Assembly (NCBI GenBank): GCA_020854825.1
Contig: JAHKLY010000004.1
Coordinates: forward strand, 1 to 30,598
Source: Candidatus Micrarchaeota archaeon
GTDB lineage: Archaea > Micrarchaeota > Micrarchaeia > Anstonellales > JAHKLY01
Direction of reading: 5' to 3'
Length of the DNA: 30,598 nt
The notes beneath the pieces were generated by a model. The model saw only the letters and a list, made by a program, of their open reading frames with translations, was not told the origin of the DNA and did not search any database. Of this stretch, positions 1 through 9,900 are shown one piece after another; the stretch's first letter is position 1; every line of letters starts with the position of its first letter. The position numbers and the translations under genes were made by a program.

Positions 1-3000
1 GTATTTGGAGAATCAGGATATAAGATAACCCAAAAATATTCTGAAACATTAATATTTTTACTTCCAATAGTCCCATCAGCATTAGTTCCCAATGCAACCA
101 AGTGATGAGTAGAATTAACTGTATGTGTGTGGTGAAAAGCAATATTTCTATCTAATGTTGCAACTAATTCTGTGTTGTCTTTCGAACGCCAATCTTCAGT
201 AAAATAATCTAATCCTATTTGGTCTGAACCATTACCAATTATATAAACAGATAAATCAACTGAATTACCTGCAGCTGCAATTGAATTAAATTCGATCCAA
301 AAACTCATGTTATTTTCCATATCAAAAGAATTTGTAAAATTAAATAAATGATAATTTCCCCTCCACATTCTATTCTCATCTGGTTCATTATACCAGGTGA
401 TATCTGATTCAGAGAAATAAATTTCTGGATAAATATGATCTAGATAAATATTCTCTTTTAACCAAATTCCTTCTCCTTGATCCACCATTGGGGAAGATAG
501 TTCTTCACTTCCGCAAGTTCCATTGATATAATAATCCCAGCATGCAATACCTTCTCCATTAATTGCAGAAACATTAACAGTAACTGAGGACAATTCGGTT
601 GTGTTGGTGATGTTTGCGGTTATATTATAAGGTAAAAATCTGGAAATATCTAAATCTGGAATTAAGGAAACTTCATTAATTGTTGATCCTCCATCTCCTC
701 CCCCGTAACCACTGAATTCAGTCACTGTGAACCAGAAGTGTGTTTCATTTTCTCCAAATGAAGGATAATATGAAACTGGGTTTGAATCCCATGTACCACT
801 GCAATTGCCTGTTGCAAACGACCAATCTGAACATTTGAAAATGTAATTAATATTCAAATCTTGTTTTTCAAATATTAAAGTTGCATTTTCAAAAGAAATA
901 TTAGTTCCATTTAAAGCAATAATTGAAGATACATTATCAACATTAGATGGAAGATCACCAGTATAATTTTCAACAAATTGTGGAATTATTTGTATCTCTG
1001 AATTTGATATATTAATATTTCTTAAAATTATTGTTTCTGAATCTGGGATTTGTACACTTAACGAATAATTACTATTTTCTCCCACTCCTCTTGACAATCC
1101 CCCAGTTAGAGATCTATTTTCAAGAGCATATCCAGCTGCATCATATAATTGAAAACTATAATTAGTTAAATTTGATCCAGTCCCATCAATTGAATTAACA
1201 ATTAAAGTTGCAGTAGTAGGTTCAACTTCTCTATCTGCATGGCTTGCAGATGATGCTGGTTGCCTAACACCAGAAATTTCATCATTGACTTTAACAACCC
1301 ATTTAACATCATTTGATGGGTTAAAATCTAATGGAATAACATTGACTGAACGATAAATCCCTTCACTTACTCTAAAAAGATTTCTGCTTGGGTAAGCAAC
1401 TGTTGAAACTGGATTTATATCATCATTGCTTGCATATAAACTAACCTCAATTTCAGTAACATCCTCTTGACTGCCATCTTTTGTAATATCAATTTTAAGA
1501 ACTGCTGCATCCCCCACTAGATAATACGGGCCTGGAGTTCTATAATTTTCTGGAGTAAGGGTTGTTATATATTTTATTAATGTCGTATTAATTATTGATT
1601 CATTATCTGACCCTTGAGTAGTATATGAATTTGTAAAATTTTCAGCAGTGACTTTTAATTCAAATTTACCAGCATCAAACACAGTTTTATCAAATATATA
1701 TACACAATATCCACTCTCGTTTGTTGAATTATCTCCTTGATATGCATCATTTACATAAAAACTGCAATTTGCTAACACAGGTTTAGAGATATTATTAACA
1801 TCAAAAACTTTTGCAATTATTGTTTGTGTATTAGAAACATAACTTTTTGAGTCTTCACCTGCATCATTTTTTCCCCGCACTATTTCATCTCCGTCTAATG
1901 GAGAAATAATATTTATTTTTGCATATCCCACAACCAAAACTTCAGATGTATTTTCTTTTGATGAATTTAAATATCCATCAGAACACCAAACTTCTGCAGA
2001 CCAGTTTTCTCCAGAAGATGTTTCTGAATTATCTAAGGCATAAACTAATGTGTTTTCTCCGCTTATTACTGCTAAACTACGAATACTTCCGAAAACTGTA
2101 TTATCTACATACATTTGAACATAAGCAGTCAAAGTGCCACCGATATCAACATCTGAACAAGTAACATTAATCAAAAGGTCATCTTCAGTAGAAGGTAAAA
2201 CTGGAGTAATATTATAATAATCTAAAGTTGGAGGAGTATTATCTATTGTTCTAGAAGTAGTGTTTTGTTTTTGTGTTGTGTAATTCCCATTTGAACACCA
2301 AACTTCTGCAAGCCATGATTCTCCTGGAGTGGTATTTCCAGAATTTAAAGTATAAACAATTGTATTTTCCCCACTAACTACTTCTTGTGATTGATTCTCT
2401 CCATACAACACACCATTTTTATACATCTGAACAAAGACAGTAAGTGTAGATGCTGGAATTGTGCTATGGCAGGTTGCGTTTACGATTAAATCTTCGTCTG
2501 TTGTTGGTTCTAAAGGAGTTAAATTAATATCTCCTAAATATGGCTTTATATGGATTAATAATTCATCTATCTCTGAATAATATGAAGCTGTTATCCATGC
2601 ATTAGAACGTGCAACATTAGAAATCCGTATTTCATCAACAGAACCAGAAAAACGTTTTCCATTATCTCTGTCTTGACCTATATAAATATTATCTGTACTA
2701 CTAACACTACCCACTACTTCATCTCCAGGACTATAATCCGTTAAATTAACACGTAAATATGCTCTATTTTCAATTCTTCTACCTACAAAATATTGCCATT
2801 CATTAGTAATATTTTCTCCAAAAGAAATACTTTGAGCATTGTTTTCAAGGTATCTAAACGACAACATTGGAGCAATTCTAACTTGAACTCCATCTCTAGT
2901 TGCAGGATCATATTGAAAAAATAATCTCTTATCACTATTTTCTGAAGGGTCCCCTTTAATAAACATCTCCAATGTAAAATCTGAGGAATATGTAATGGTT

Positions 3001-3563
3001 TTAGTGGATTTCAAATAATCATTTACTCCATCAAAAATATTACCTCCATCAATAACACTTGGTGTTCCAGTAGTGCCTCCATATCTAGTTAAATCATTGC
3101 TTGTTGAAGTTGAATCCTCTCTAGTGGAACTACCTGTTTCTGACAAGTGCCAAACTGCTAAATACTCATTACTCCAAACATTAGTAGCATTCTGTGTATC
3201 TTCTGCTTCTGAATTTCCATAATACATATAAAACGATGTATTAGTAGTGTTTGAAACTTCAGGTATTTTAACCCAAATAAAACTATCTCCACTTGAATTC
3301 CATAATTCTATTTCATGTGAAAAAGTAAGATTATCATATTCATTAACAAATCTTATATCCTCACCATTAGGTTTAACTAGGGGATAATCTACTCTATTTG
3401 TATCTAATTTAACAAGGATTGGAAAATCAGTTAGTTCTTCATCAATCAAGGATGAATTAACAATTAAGGTTATTCTATCACTCCAAGATACATTCCACCA
3501 GGCAAAGCTGATTGAAATTAATAGCAAGAGAATTAAAATAATTTTTCCCGTATTTGTTTTAAT
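1..3563 (-). CDS. Large secreted/surface protein: DUF2341 + LamG/ConA-like domain + two Ig-like repeats + further extracellular domains (partial, runs off the left edge)
   Basis: Not in the ORF track. The same minus-strand frame reads as protein at 3500 and at position 32; I did not check every codon in between. Signal peptide KTNTGKIILILLLLISISFA precedes WWNVSWSDRITL..LTDFPILVKLD (DUF2341-like N-terminus). FSGSVDEIRISNVARS is a LamG motif. The start is uncertain: no in-frame ATG, candidates are ATT 3563, ATA 3569, TTG 3626 and GTG 3629. Confidence 0.8.
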   Translation of the reverse strand, partial: MKTNTGKIILILLLLISISFAWWNVSWSDRITLIVNSSLIDEELTDFPILVKLDTNRVDYPLVKPNGEDIRFVNEYDNLTFSHEIELWNSSGDSFIWVKIPEVSNTTNTSFYMYYGNSEAEDTQNATNVWSNEYLAVWHLSETGSSTREDSTSTSNDLTRYGGTTGTPSVIDGGNIFDGVNDYLKSTKTITYSSDFTLEMFIKGDPSENSDKRLFFQYDPATRDGVQVRIAPMLSFRYLENNAQSISFGENITNEWQYFVGRRIENRAYLRVNLTDYSPGDEVVGSVSSTDNIYIGQDRDNGKRFSGSVDEIRISNVARSNAWITASYYSEIDELLIHIKPYLGDINLTPLEPTTDEDLIVNATCHSTIPASTLTVFVQMYKNGVLYGENQSQEVVSGENTIVYTLNSGNTTPGESWLAEVWCSNGNYTTQKQNTTSRTIDNTPPTLDYYNITPVLPSTEDDLLINVTCSDVDIGGTLTAYVQMYVDNTVFGSIRSLAVISGENTLVYALDNSETSSGENWSAEVWCSDGYLNSSKENTSEVLVVGYAKINIISPLDGDEIVRGKNDAGEDSKSYVSNTQTIIAKVFDVNNISKPVLANCSFYVNDAYQGDNSTNESGYCVYIFDKTVFDAGKFELKVTAENFTNSYTTQGSDNESIINTTLIKYITTLTPENYRTPGPYYLVGDAAVLKIDITKDGSQEDVTEIEVSLYASNDDINPVSTVAYPSRNLFRVSEGIYRSVNVIPLDFNPSNDVKWVVKVNDEISGVRQPASSASHADREVEPTTATLIVNSIDGTGSNLTNYSFQLYDAAGYALENRSLTGGLSRGVGENSNYSLSVQIPDSETIILRNINISNSEIQIIPQFVENYTGDLPSNVDNVSSIIALNGTNISFENATLIFEKQDLNINYIFKCSDWSFATGNCSGTWDSNPVSYYPSFGENETHFWFTVTEFSGYGGGDGGSTINEVSLIPDLDISRFLPYNITANITNTTELSSVTVNVSAINGEGIACWDYYINGTCGSEELSSPMVDQGEGIWLKENIYLDHIYPEIYFSESDITWYNEPDENRMWRGNYHLFNFTNSFDMENNMSFWIEFNSIAAAGNSVDLSVYIIGNGSDQIGLDYFTEDWRSKDNTELVATLDRNIAFHHTHTVNSTHHLVALGTNADGTIGSKNINVSEYFWVILYPDSPN
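1975..2540 (-). repeat. Two tandem ~104-aa Ig-like modules inside the DUF2341 gene
   Basis: The 18-mer gaacaccaaacttctgca occurs at 1981-1998 and 2293-2310, 312 bp apart. Both copies read TP..P.T..DL..N.TC...W.AEVWCS.G. Confidence 0.7.
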
Positions 3564-3985
3564 GATTATCCTACTCCATTTTTTAAATACATTAAAAACA
3601 AAGAGAATATTTATAACCCTTAGCAACACATTTAAATTTATTGAAATATAAACTTTTTGAGTGTTCTAAATATTTAAACAATTTATAATTTTCAAGAATA
3701 AGATTTTAAAAAATTAAAATTAAAAAAACCAAAAAACATAAATAAAAAACAAAATAGAATAACTTTTAACGTCGGAAGAGCGCAGAAAATTACTTTTTTA
3801 TTAGTGTAAACTAAATTTAATTTTATTAAATATTTGTGTAAAATATTTAGTGGTCGACTTTAACCAAGCATATGTTTTTAAATATTCAACATACTTTTGA
3901 AATTAATTAAATGGGCATATAAATGAATTACAACATATTTAAACACTCAAAAACATTTTTAAATATGAGAACTTATAAGTAACTA

Positions 3986-5089
3986 ATGAAACATGAACAA
4001 AAACAAACAGATAAACCTAAAAAAAATAGAAAAAATAGGTTCCTTTCAATTGCTGTCCTAACTTCAACTTTAATTCTAGGGTCTATTGGATATGAATCTA
4101 AGCCTAAGATAAATCCAGAATATGAACGACAATTAAATACTATATTTTTGCATTATGCACATACTGAGTTTGAAACACAGAAAACATTAATTAGTTCATT
4201 ACCTGAATATTCAAAAATAATATTTTTAGTTGATACTAGACTTAAAGAAAGATTAGAACTCCGTTTTGAAAGGGAAATTAAATCAAAACAAATATCTATA
4301 ATCGACTATGAAATAGAAACCCCTCTTGGATTATTTATTCAAGACCAAATGGAATTAATAAAACAAAAAGAAAAACCAATATTACTCTTACCAAAACATT
4401 ACTATGGGAGACCGAATAAAAATTTAGAAAAAGCATTAGTAAAAAATGGGTTTGAAGTAAGAAGAGCAGAAGTTGCTTTCACAGGCGGAAATATTACATA
4501 TGATAGATTTAATAAAAAAAATATATTATTTGTAGGTGAAAATGACATTGAATTAAATTTGATATATGATCCAGACTATAAAAGAGAAGAGATTATATCA
4601 GTATTTAAAAAAGAATTTAATGTAGATACTGTTTTAATTGTTGGTCCGCAAGATAAAACAAAAATGTATCATCTAGACTTATTATTTACTATTATAGGAC
4701 CAGGAGAAGTTGTATTAAATGAACCAATAATCCCTCTAATTTATGAAAAAGCAGTACCAAATGAAGTATCAGAATTAATTAAAAACACCCGGCATATGTT
4801 TGAAAGTTTAGGATATATTATTCATTCATTTCCCATGCAAATTGATGATTTAATAAAATGTAAATATTATTTATGTGCAATTCCATTTATAGATAAAAAT
4901 TCAAAAGATAGGCGAATACTTATTCCTTTATTTCCAGAAAGAGGAGTTAAATATCCAATTGCATCTGATAAAAATAGAGAAGTTAGAAACTTTTTTATAG
5001 ATAAAAATATATATCCTACTTCAGTTAATGACTATTTATTTTATACAAATAGTGGTGGATTACATTGCATAAGTTTTGTTTATGATTAA
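3986..5089 (+). CDS. Pentein-superfamily (agmatine/peptidylarginine deiminase-like) enzyme with N-terminal membrane anchor
   Basis: Motifs LFIQD, FTGGNI, YHLD and C-terminal GGLHC match the amidinotransferase/deiminase catalytic layout. A basic N-terminus is followed by the hydrophobic stretch FLSIAVLTSTLILG. Confidence 0.7.
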   Translation: MKHEQKQTDKPKKNRKNRFLSIAVLTSTLILGSIGYESKPKINPEYERQLNTIFLHYAHTEFETQKTLISSLPEYSKIIFLVDTRLKERLELRFEREIKSKQISIIDYEIETPLGLFIQDQMELIKQKEKPILLLPKHYYGRPNKNLEKALVKNGFEVRRAEVAFTGGNITYDRFNKKNILFVGENDIELNLIYDPDYKREEIISVFKKEFNVDTVLIVGPQDKTKMYHLDLLFTIIGPGEVVLNEPIIPLIYEKAVPNEVSELIKNTRHMFESLGYIIHSFPMQIDDLIKCKYYLCAIPFIDKNSKDRRILIPLFPERGVKYPIASDKNREVRNFFIDKNIYPTSVNDYLFYTNSGGLHCISFVYD

Positions 5090-5594
5090 TAAAATGAATT
5101 ATATAATTTTGCCTCATACCCAGTAATGCCCCTAATTAATTGAAAACCATTTCTTCTAAATAATCCTTGTGAAAATAAATTATCTAATCTGATAGTAGTT
5201 GAGATTTCAGTTAAATTATATCTTTCTGCAATTTCAACACATTTTTGTAAAAGTGCATCGCTAACTCCTTTTTCTTCAGTTTCAGAATCAATTGCAATTG
5301 TTAAATATTTCATTTTATCTTCATCTATAACATACGTTATCCACCCAATAACTATTTCTTGTTTTTTTGCGACAATCACTTTATTAGGTAAACTAAAATC
5401 TTCATTTTGTAATGAGGATAAAAATTGTTTAACTCCTTTTGAGTTCGCAATTCTTAAAACTTCATCAAGGTCTGTTGCTCTATCAAAGTTAACAAGTTCT
5501 ACTTTTGGATTAATTTGTTTAAACTTATATTTATTTGGGAGTATAGGCCTCCAAAATTAGTTGATTGCTCGTTTTCCTTTAATTCATTTTTCAT
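5086..5594 (-). pseudogene. GNAT (RimI-like) acetyltransferase with frameshifted or non-canonical start
   Basis: The 97-aa ORF has GNAT motifs (LTIAID..EEKGVSDALL; N..SQGLFRRNGF). Its frame stays open upstream to 5556 and encodes the GNAT-like N-terminus VELVNFDRATDLDEVLRIANS. A candidate upstream ATG (5594) is in another frame. Confidence 0.6.
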
Positions 5595-5633
5595 GTTATT
5601 TTTAGTACTCTTTTGTGTTTAAAAATGTTTGTT

Positions 5634-6179
5634 TTAATATTTTAGAATCACACAACTTGATCTGCTATTTGGTTGTCCTTTGTATTTATCTAATTTATGT
5701 TCAGTTTCAATAATGGAAGTTGCTAAAACTTTTCCTTTAAAGAGTTTAACTAACTCTTTGGGAACAGGTCTCCACCCATTATCAATAGGAAATGCATGAT
5801 ATGGATAATTATTAGGTACTGAAACTATAAGAATTCCATTTTTATTTATTAATTTTTCAATATTTTTAACTGTTTTTCCCAATTCTAAAATTGGAATGTG
5901 TTCTAATAAATGAGTTGCTAATACAATATCAAATTTATCTTTAATTTTAATAGGTTTGATAATATTATGTAAGTAATCTGGTTTTGTTGATTTTTTTATA
6001 TCCATTGTTTTAATTTGAATATTTTTAGAATTTAAATAATCATAAAAAGTTTGATTCCATGGTTGTTTTTTTGTTCTGTATTCTAAACTTTCTGAACCTA
6101 TATCTAAACCTGTTTTGAAATTTTGATTTAAAATTTTGTCTATTTTTTTCGTTACCCATTCAATTTCTTCTGTCCACAT
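5634..6179 (-). CDS. Class I SAM-dependent methyltransferase
   Basis: Motif I LDIGS, then FDIVLATHLLEH and LINKNGILIVSVP, typical of Methyltransf_11/23-like proteins. Confidence 0.8.
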   Translation of the reverse strand: MWTEEIEWVTKKIDKILNQNFKTGLDIGSESLEYRTKKQPWNQTFYDYLNSKNIQIKTMDIKKSTKPDYLHNIIKPIKIKDKFDIVLATHLLEHIPILELGKTVKNIEKLINKNGILIVSVPNNYPYHAFPIDNGWRPVPKELVKLFKGKVLATSIIETEHKLDKYKGQPNSRSSCVILKY

Positions 6180-6358
6180 GTTTTAAATTTAATAAGATAA
6201 GTTTTTAAAAAGAAGTTTAAAAAAATACCTATCTAATATTTTCTTTTCTAGATAAAAATACTAATAGATATATCAGATAATCAAATAGTTATCTTATCCT
6301 ATATAGATACTTATCTCTTTTTTGATAAAACTTTTAGTTTTCTTTTTGACACGCCTGA

Positions 6359-6478
6359 CTTTTTCTTTTTCTAAAAGAAAAAGTATGGCATTCAGCGCTC
6401 CAGGTTATCATCACTCTTTACCTATTTTCTTTTTTCCCGCAACGTGCGGCTTTTTTCTTTTTTAAAAGAAAAAAGGGG
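6359..6478. repeat. Two copies of an A/T palindromic hairpin element (TTTTCTTTT..AAAAGAAAA)
   Basis: Copies at ~6359-6384 (downstream of the sRNA) and ~6448-6478 (inside it). Related copies at 16309-16343 and 16422-16458. Confidence 0.75.
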
Positions 6479-6504
6479 CCGTCAGTAAACCTGCGTCTCT
6501 TCAT
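6392..6504 (-). ncRNA. Box C/D 2'-O-methylation guide sRNA for pre-tRNA-Trp (predicted Cm34 and Cm39)
   Basis: Minus strand: box C ATGAAGA (6504-6498), 12-nt guide GACGCAGGTTTA, D' CTGA (6485-6482), 67-nt spacer, C' GTGATGA (6414-6408), 12-nt guide TAACCTGGAGCG, D CTGA (6395-6392). The guides form 9 and 10 bp with the pre-tRNA-Trp in this window. The N+5 rule lands on C39 and C34. Confidence 0.9.
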
Positions 6505-6594
6505 ATAAACATAATTAAGTTAAAACACATTAAAAATATATTGATTAAAAAAGATCAAAATAATAAAAAAAGAAAAAGTTGTGTGATTTAAAAT

Positions 6595-6927
6595 TTAACA
6601 CTTATTTAATTTCATCATTGAATAAACAAATGTTATTATAAACAATACAAAACATACAAATCCCACTGAAGTTATTAATTCTATATACATCTCATTTGGC
6701 ATAAATATGTTATATCCAAATGCTGCTAATGTTAAAACAAAGAATATTATTGGTGCTACTATTGTTAATGTATTTACCTCTTGTTTTTTAGATAATGTAT
6801 TATCTGAAAATGGTTTCTCTTTTAATATTTCTTTTTTATCTAATCTTTTTGGTTTAGTTTTTCTTTTTGATTTTGGTCTACTTTTTGTTGATTTTTTTTG
6901 TGTTTTTTTATTTTTTAAAGTTGGCAT
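6595..6927 (-). CDS. Small membrane protein: Lys-rich N-terminus and two C-terminal TM helices
   Basis: 110-aa ORF with a GGTGA Shine-Dalgarno upstream and two hydrophobic helices. Confidence 0.7.
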   Translation of the reverse strand: MPTLKNKKTQKKSTKSRPKSKRKTKPKRLDKKEILKEKPFSDNTLSKKQEVNTLTIVAPIIFFVLTLAAFGYNIFMPNEMYIELITSVGFVCFVLFIITFVYSMMKLNKC

Positions 6928-6985
6928 ATCATCACCTTTCTAAATAAAAACAAATAACCTTTTTAATACTTCCTTTAGGAAGAGA

Positions 6986-9900
6986 TTATACTAACCTCTT
7001 ACCTTTTAAAGGATTTTTTTTAATTTGTCTTTTTCTATATGCAATAAATAAAATAAATACAATTATCACAAATAGAACAATCCCTATTATTAAGGAAGAA
7101 ATAACTGGTTTTTCTTCTGGTGTTTCTTCAATTGTTGGAGGTACATATGGTTTAGTTGTATCTATTGGTTTTTCATCTGGTATTTCTTCACTTGGTTTTT
7201 CTGGTACTATTATTTCTTCTTCTAATTCTTCTTCATCTATTTGTAATTCTTCTTCTTCAGTTGTTATTGGACTCTGTCCTACTGGTCTTGCACCACCACC
7301 AGTATAACTGCTTCCTCCAGGTGAGCCTCCATCTTCTTCAGTTTCTTCACCAAATAATGCATAAGTACTGAAATGAGTTACATTACCCCAAACATGTCTT
7401 GGGTTAACCTTGATTATACCTTGCTGAATAACTAATTCCCATTCATCAGATGTTTCATTGAAATAATACATTCTTAGTGAATCCTCATCAATATTCAAGT
7501 CATTAAGTTCAGTTGGATTGTAATATACTCTTATGATTGCCCATGAAAGATATGCAGTATCTTTTACTTCAATAGTTATACCTTTGAAAGGAACTTTGCC
7601 TATAGGTAAATCGGGATTTGTATCATTGACTTCTGTTGAATTTAATAATCTAACAGAAATAGAGAAATTATATGTTTCGTTTGCTGTTAAGTCTATTTCT
7701 AAATCTGAATTTGGTAATTCAAAAGTTTCTGTTTCATTTTCTTCAACTTCTATTCCTAATATAATATCTGTATAATTTCCATCTATGTCCCATTCACTAG
7801 TTATATTTGTTTCTGGATTTTCAATTGATAAAGTGCAATTATCAAGCTCCAAATAACCACCGTCAAACACAAGTTCACCCCTAAACGAAATTGCATTATT
7901 TCTACACAATGCATATTCATCTATTGTCCATATTGTTAATGATTCTTCTCCATCGTAGTTTATCCCATAATCTCCATTATTAATAAATTGACTGTTCCAT
8001 AAATCGAGATTTGAGAAAGAATTCATAATTCCGGTATCATCATCGCATACTCCATCATTATTCTCTAAAATTGTATCAACCACTGTAAGATCTAAATAGA
8101 TGCCCACATCCGGTGAATAGAAATATATGCCATCACAGGAATTGTTGTGAATATAAGAATCTGATATGAATGTGTTGTTTGCATCATCCGCATATATTCC
8201 ATAAACAAAATTTTCTATTTCACAGTTTATTATTTCAGTATTATTGAAACCTCTGATATTGATACCTATACCTGCATTATCTCCTGTGATTGAATACCCT
8301 TGACAATCAATTGTAATATTATCTGCAATAACATTTAAACCTGAATCTGCAAAACAAGAAAGATTTGCATCTAAACTAATATCAGAATCAACTTCATATC
8401 CACAATAAACCCCTGAGGGTTCAACATCTGTCCAAGGATGCCAATCAGTACCATTTCCAATCCAATAATCTCCAAGTGTTTCATGACGGAAAGGATAATC
8501 ACGTCCTACATCTGCCCAATTATCATCATTGAGATCAAATATTTCAAATAATTCCCATGAGCCTGTGCCGTTGGCAAAGTAATACCTGTTTCCGGAGGTT
8601 GAATCATTGTAATCGCTTGTGTCAGAATAGTCTTCAACCCACAAAGCACCAGTGATATTGTTGTGTAAAAACGATGAATTAATACCTAGATTATAAATGA
8701 CTGCCCACTCATCAAAACTAGTTAAACTTGAATTAATAAGTCTATTATTTGCACCCTCAATAACTACAGTCTCATACATTTCGGTAGATAGCGTCATGTT
8801 TGAAATATTATTATATGAAGAATTCTCATCAACAAATATGGAAACATACCACGCTAATGAATCGCTGTTATTAATGTTTGAATAACTTGTATTGAACAGC
8901 CAGATTCCACTATTGTTAATATAAGAATCTGTTAAATTTGAATAATCTGCATTGCAAAGGATTATTGCAGAAGCTTCAATACTATCTAAATTCTGTGCAC
9001 CATTGTAAAATAAGATAGGTCTGTCATCTGTTCCATTTACATTTGTAAAATTATTTGAACATACTTCTCCTCCCATTACAATATCTCCTCTACCTATAAA
9101 AACAGAATCAGTGAAGTTATTGCCAGTTGACTCTTCTAGGACTAAACCTACAAAATCACTTTCACCAGTTACATTAATAAACGTAGAATTAAAACTACCT
9201 AACAATGAAAATGCGCCTGCTGTAAAATCAAATAATGCATCAGTTTCAGTTATTGAAATAATATTTTCAAACGTGTTGTTTAAACCAAAATATACTAAAA
9301 CTCCAATCCCAGAAGCCGAATATGAGGAGATGTTAGTAAAAGTATTATCTGTTGAAATATATGAAAATAAAGGCACACTTTGATTTGAAAGATAATTTAA
9401 ATTAATTTCTGAAAATACTGTGGCGCTTGTATTGTAATTCAAAATTCCTGCAATAATAAATTCAGATTCATCTATTTCCCCATATGAAATTGATACATTA
9501 TGAATATTTGATTCATCAACAAAATATGCTAAAACTCCCATAGCATAATTTTCTATAGTACAATTTTCTAACCTAAAGTTTGAAACATTATATGGATACA
9601 CTCCAATACCAGTTCCATTACCGAGTAATGTTGAACCATTACAGTCAATGTAAACATCTGACACATTCACAACTAAAGGCATATCAACATATTCATCAAA
9701 ACAAAGAGATACACTTTCGTTTATGACATAATATATACTATACAGTTCTCCTTCATCTAATAGAAACATGTCGAGCTCATCAGGGCCAACAGTGTAAACC
9801 CTGCTACCCCAAGTTGAATTGTCTGAAAGGTTAACGCAGGTGGACGGGACGTAAGAGCAGTCGTGATTACAGGTAAGCAAGGTGTTACTGTCGTCATCAA

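Noticed and set aside
3630-3985. GC-richer patches in the divergent intergenic region
   Set aside because: I found no stems, boxes or repeats to support an RNA or element.
6415-6490. BHB-type splicing of the sRNA insert (TTAC/GTAA helix with TGA and AGA bulges)
   Set aside because: The flanking helices are poor, and excision would leave D' and C' abutting; not supportable without RT-PCR.
6340-6510. Second or split tRNA-Trp on the + strand (GCTCCAGGTT ... AAACCTGCG)
   Set aside because: There are no acceptor, D or T arms. The matches are exactly the antisense guides bounded by C/D boxes on the minus strand.
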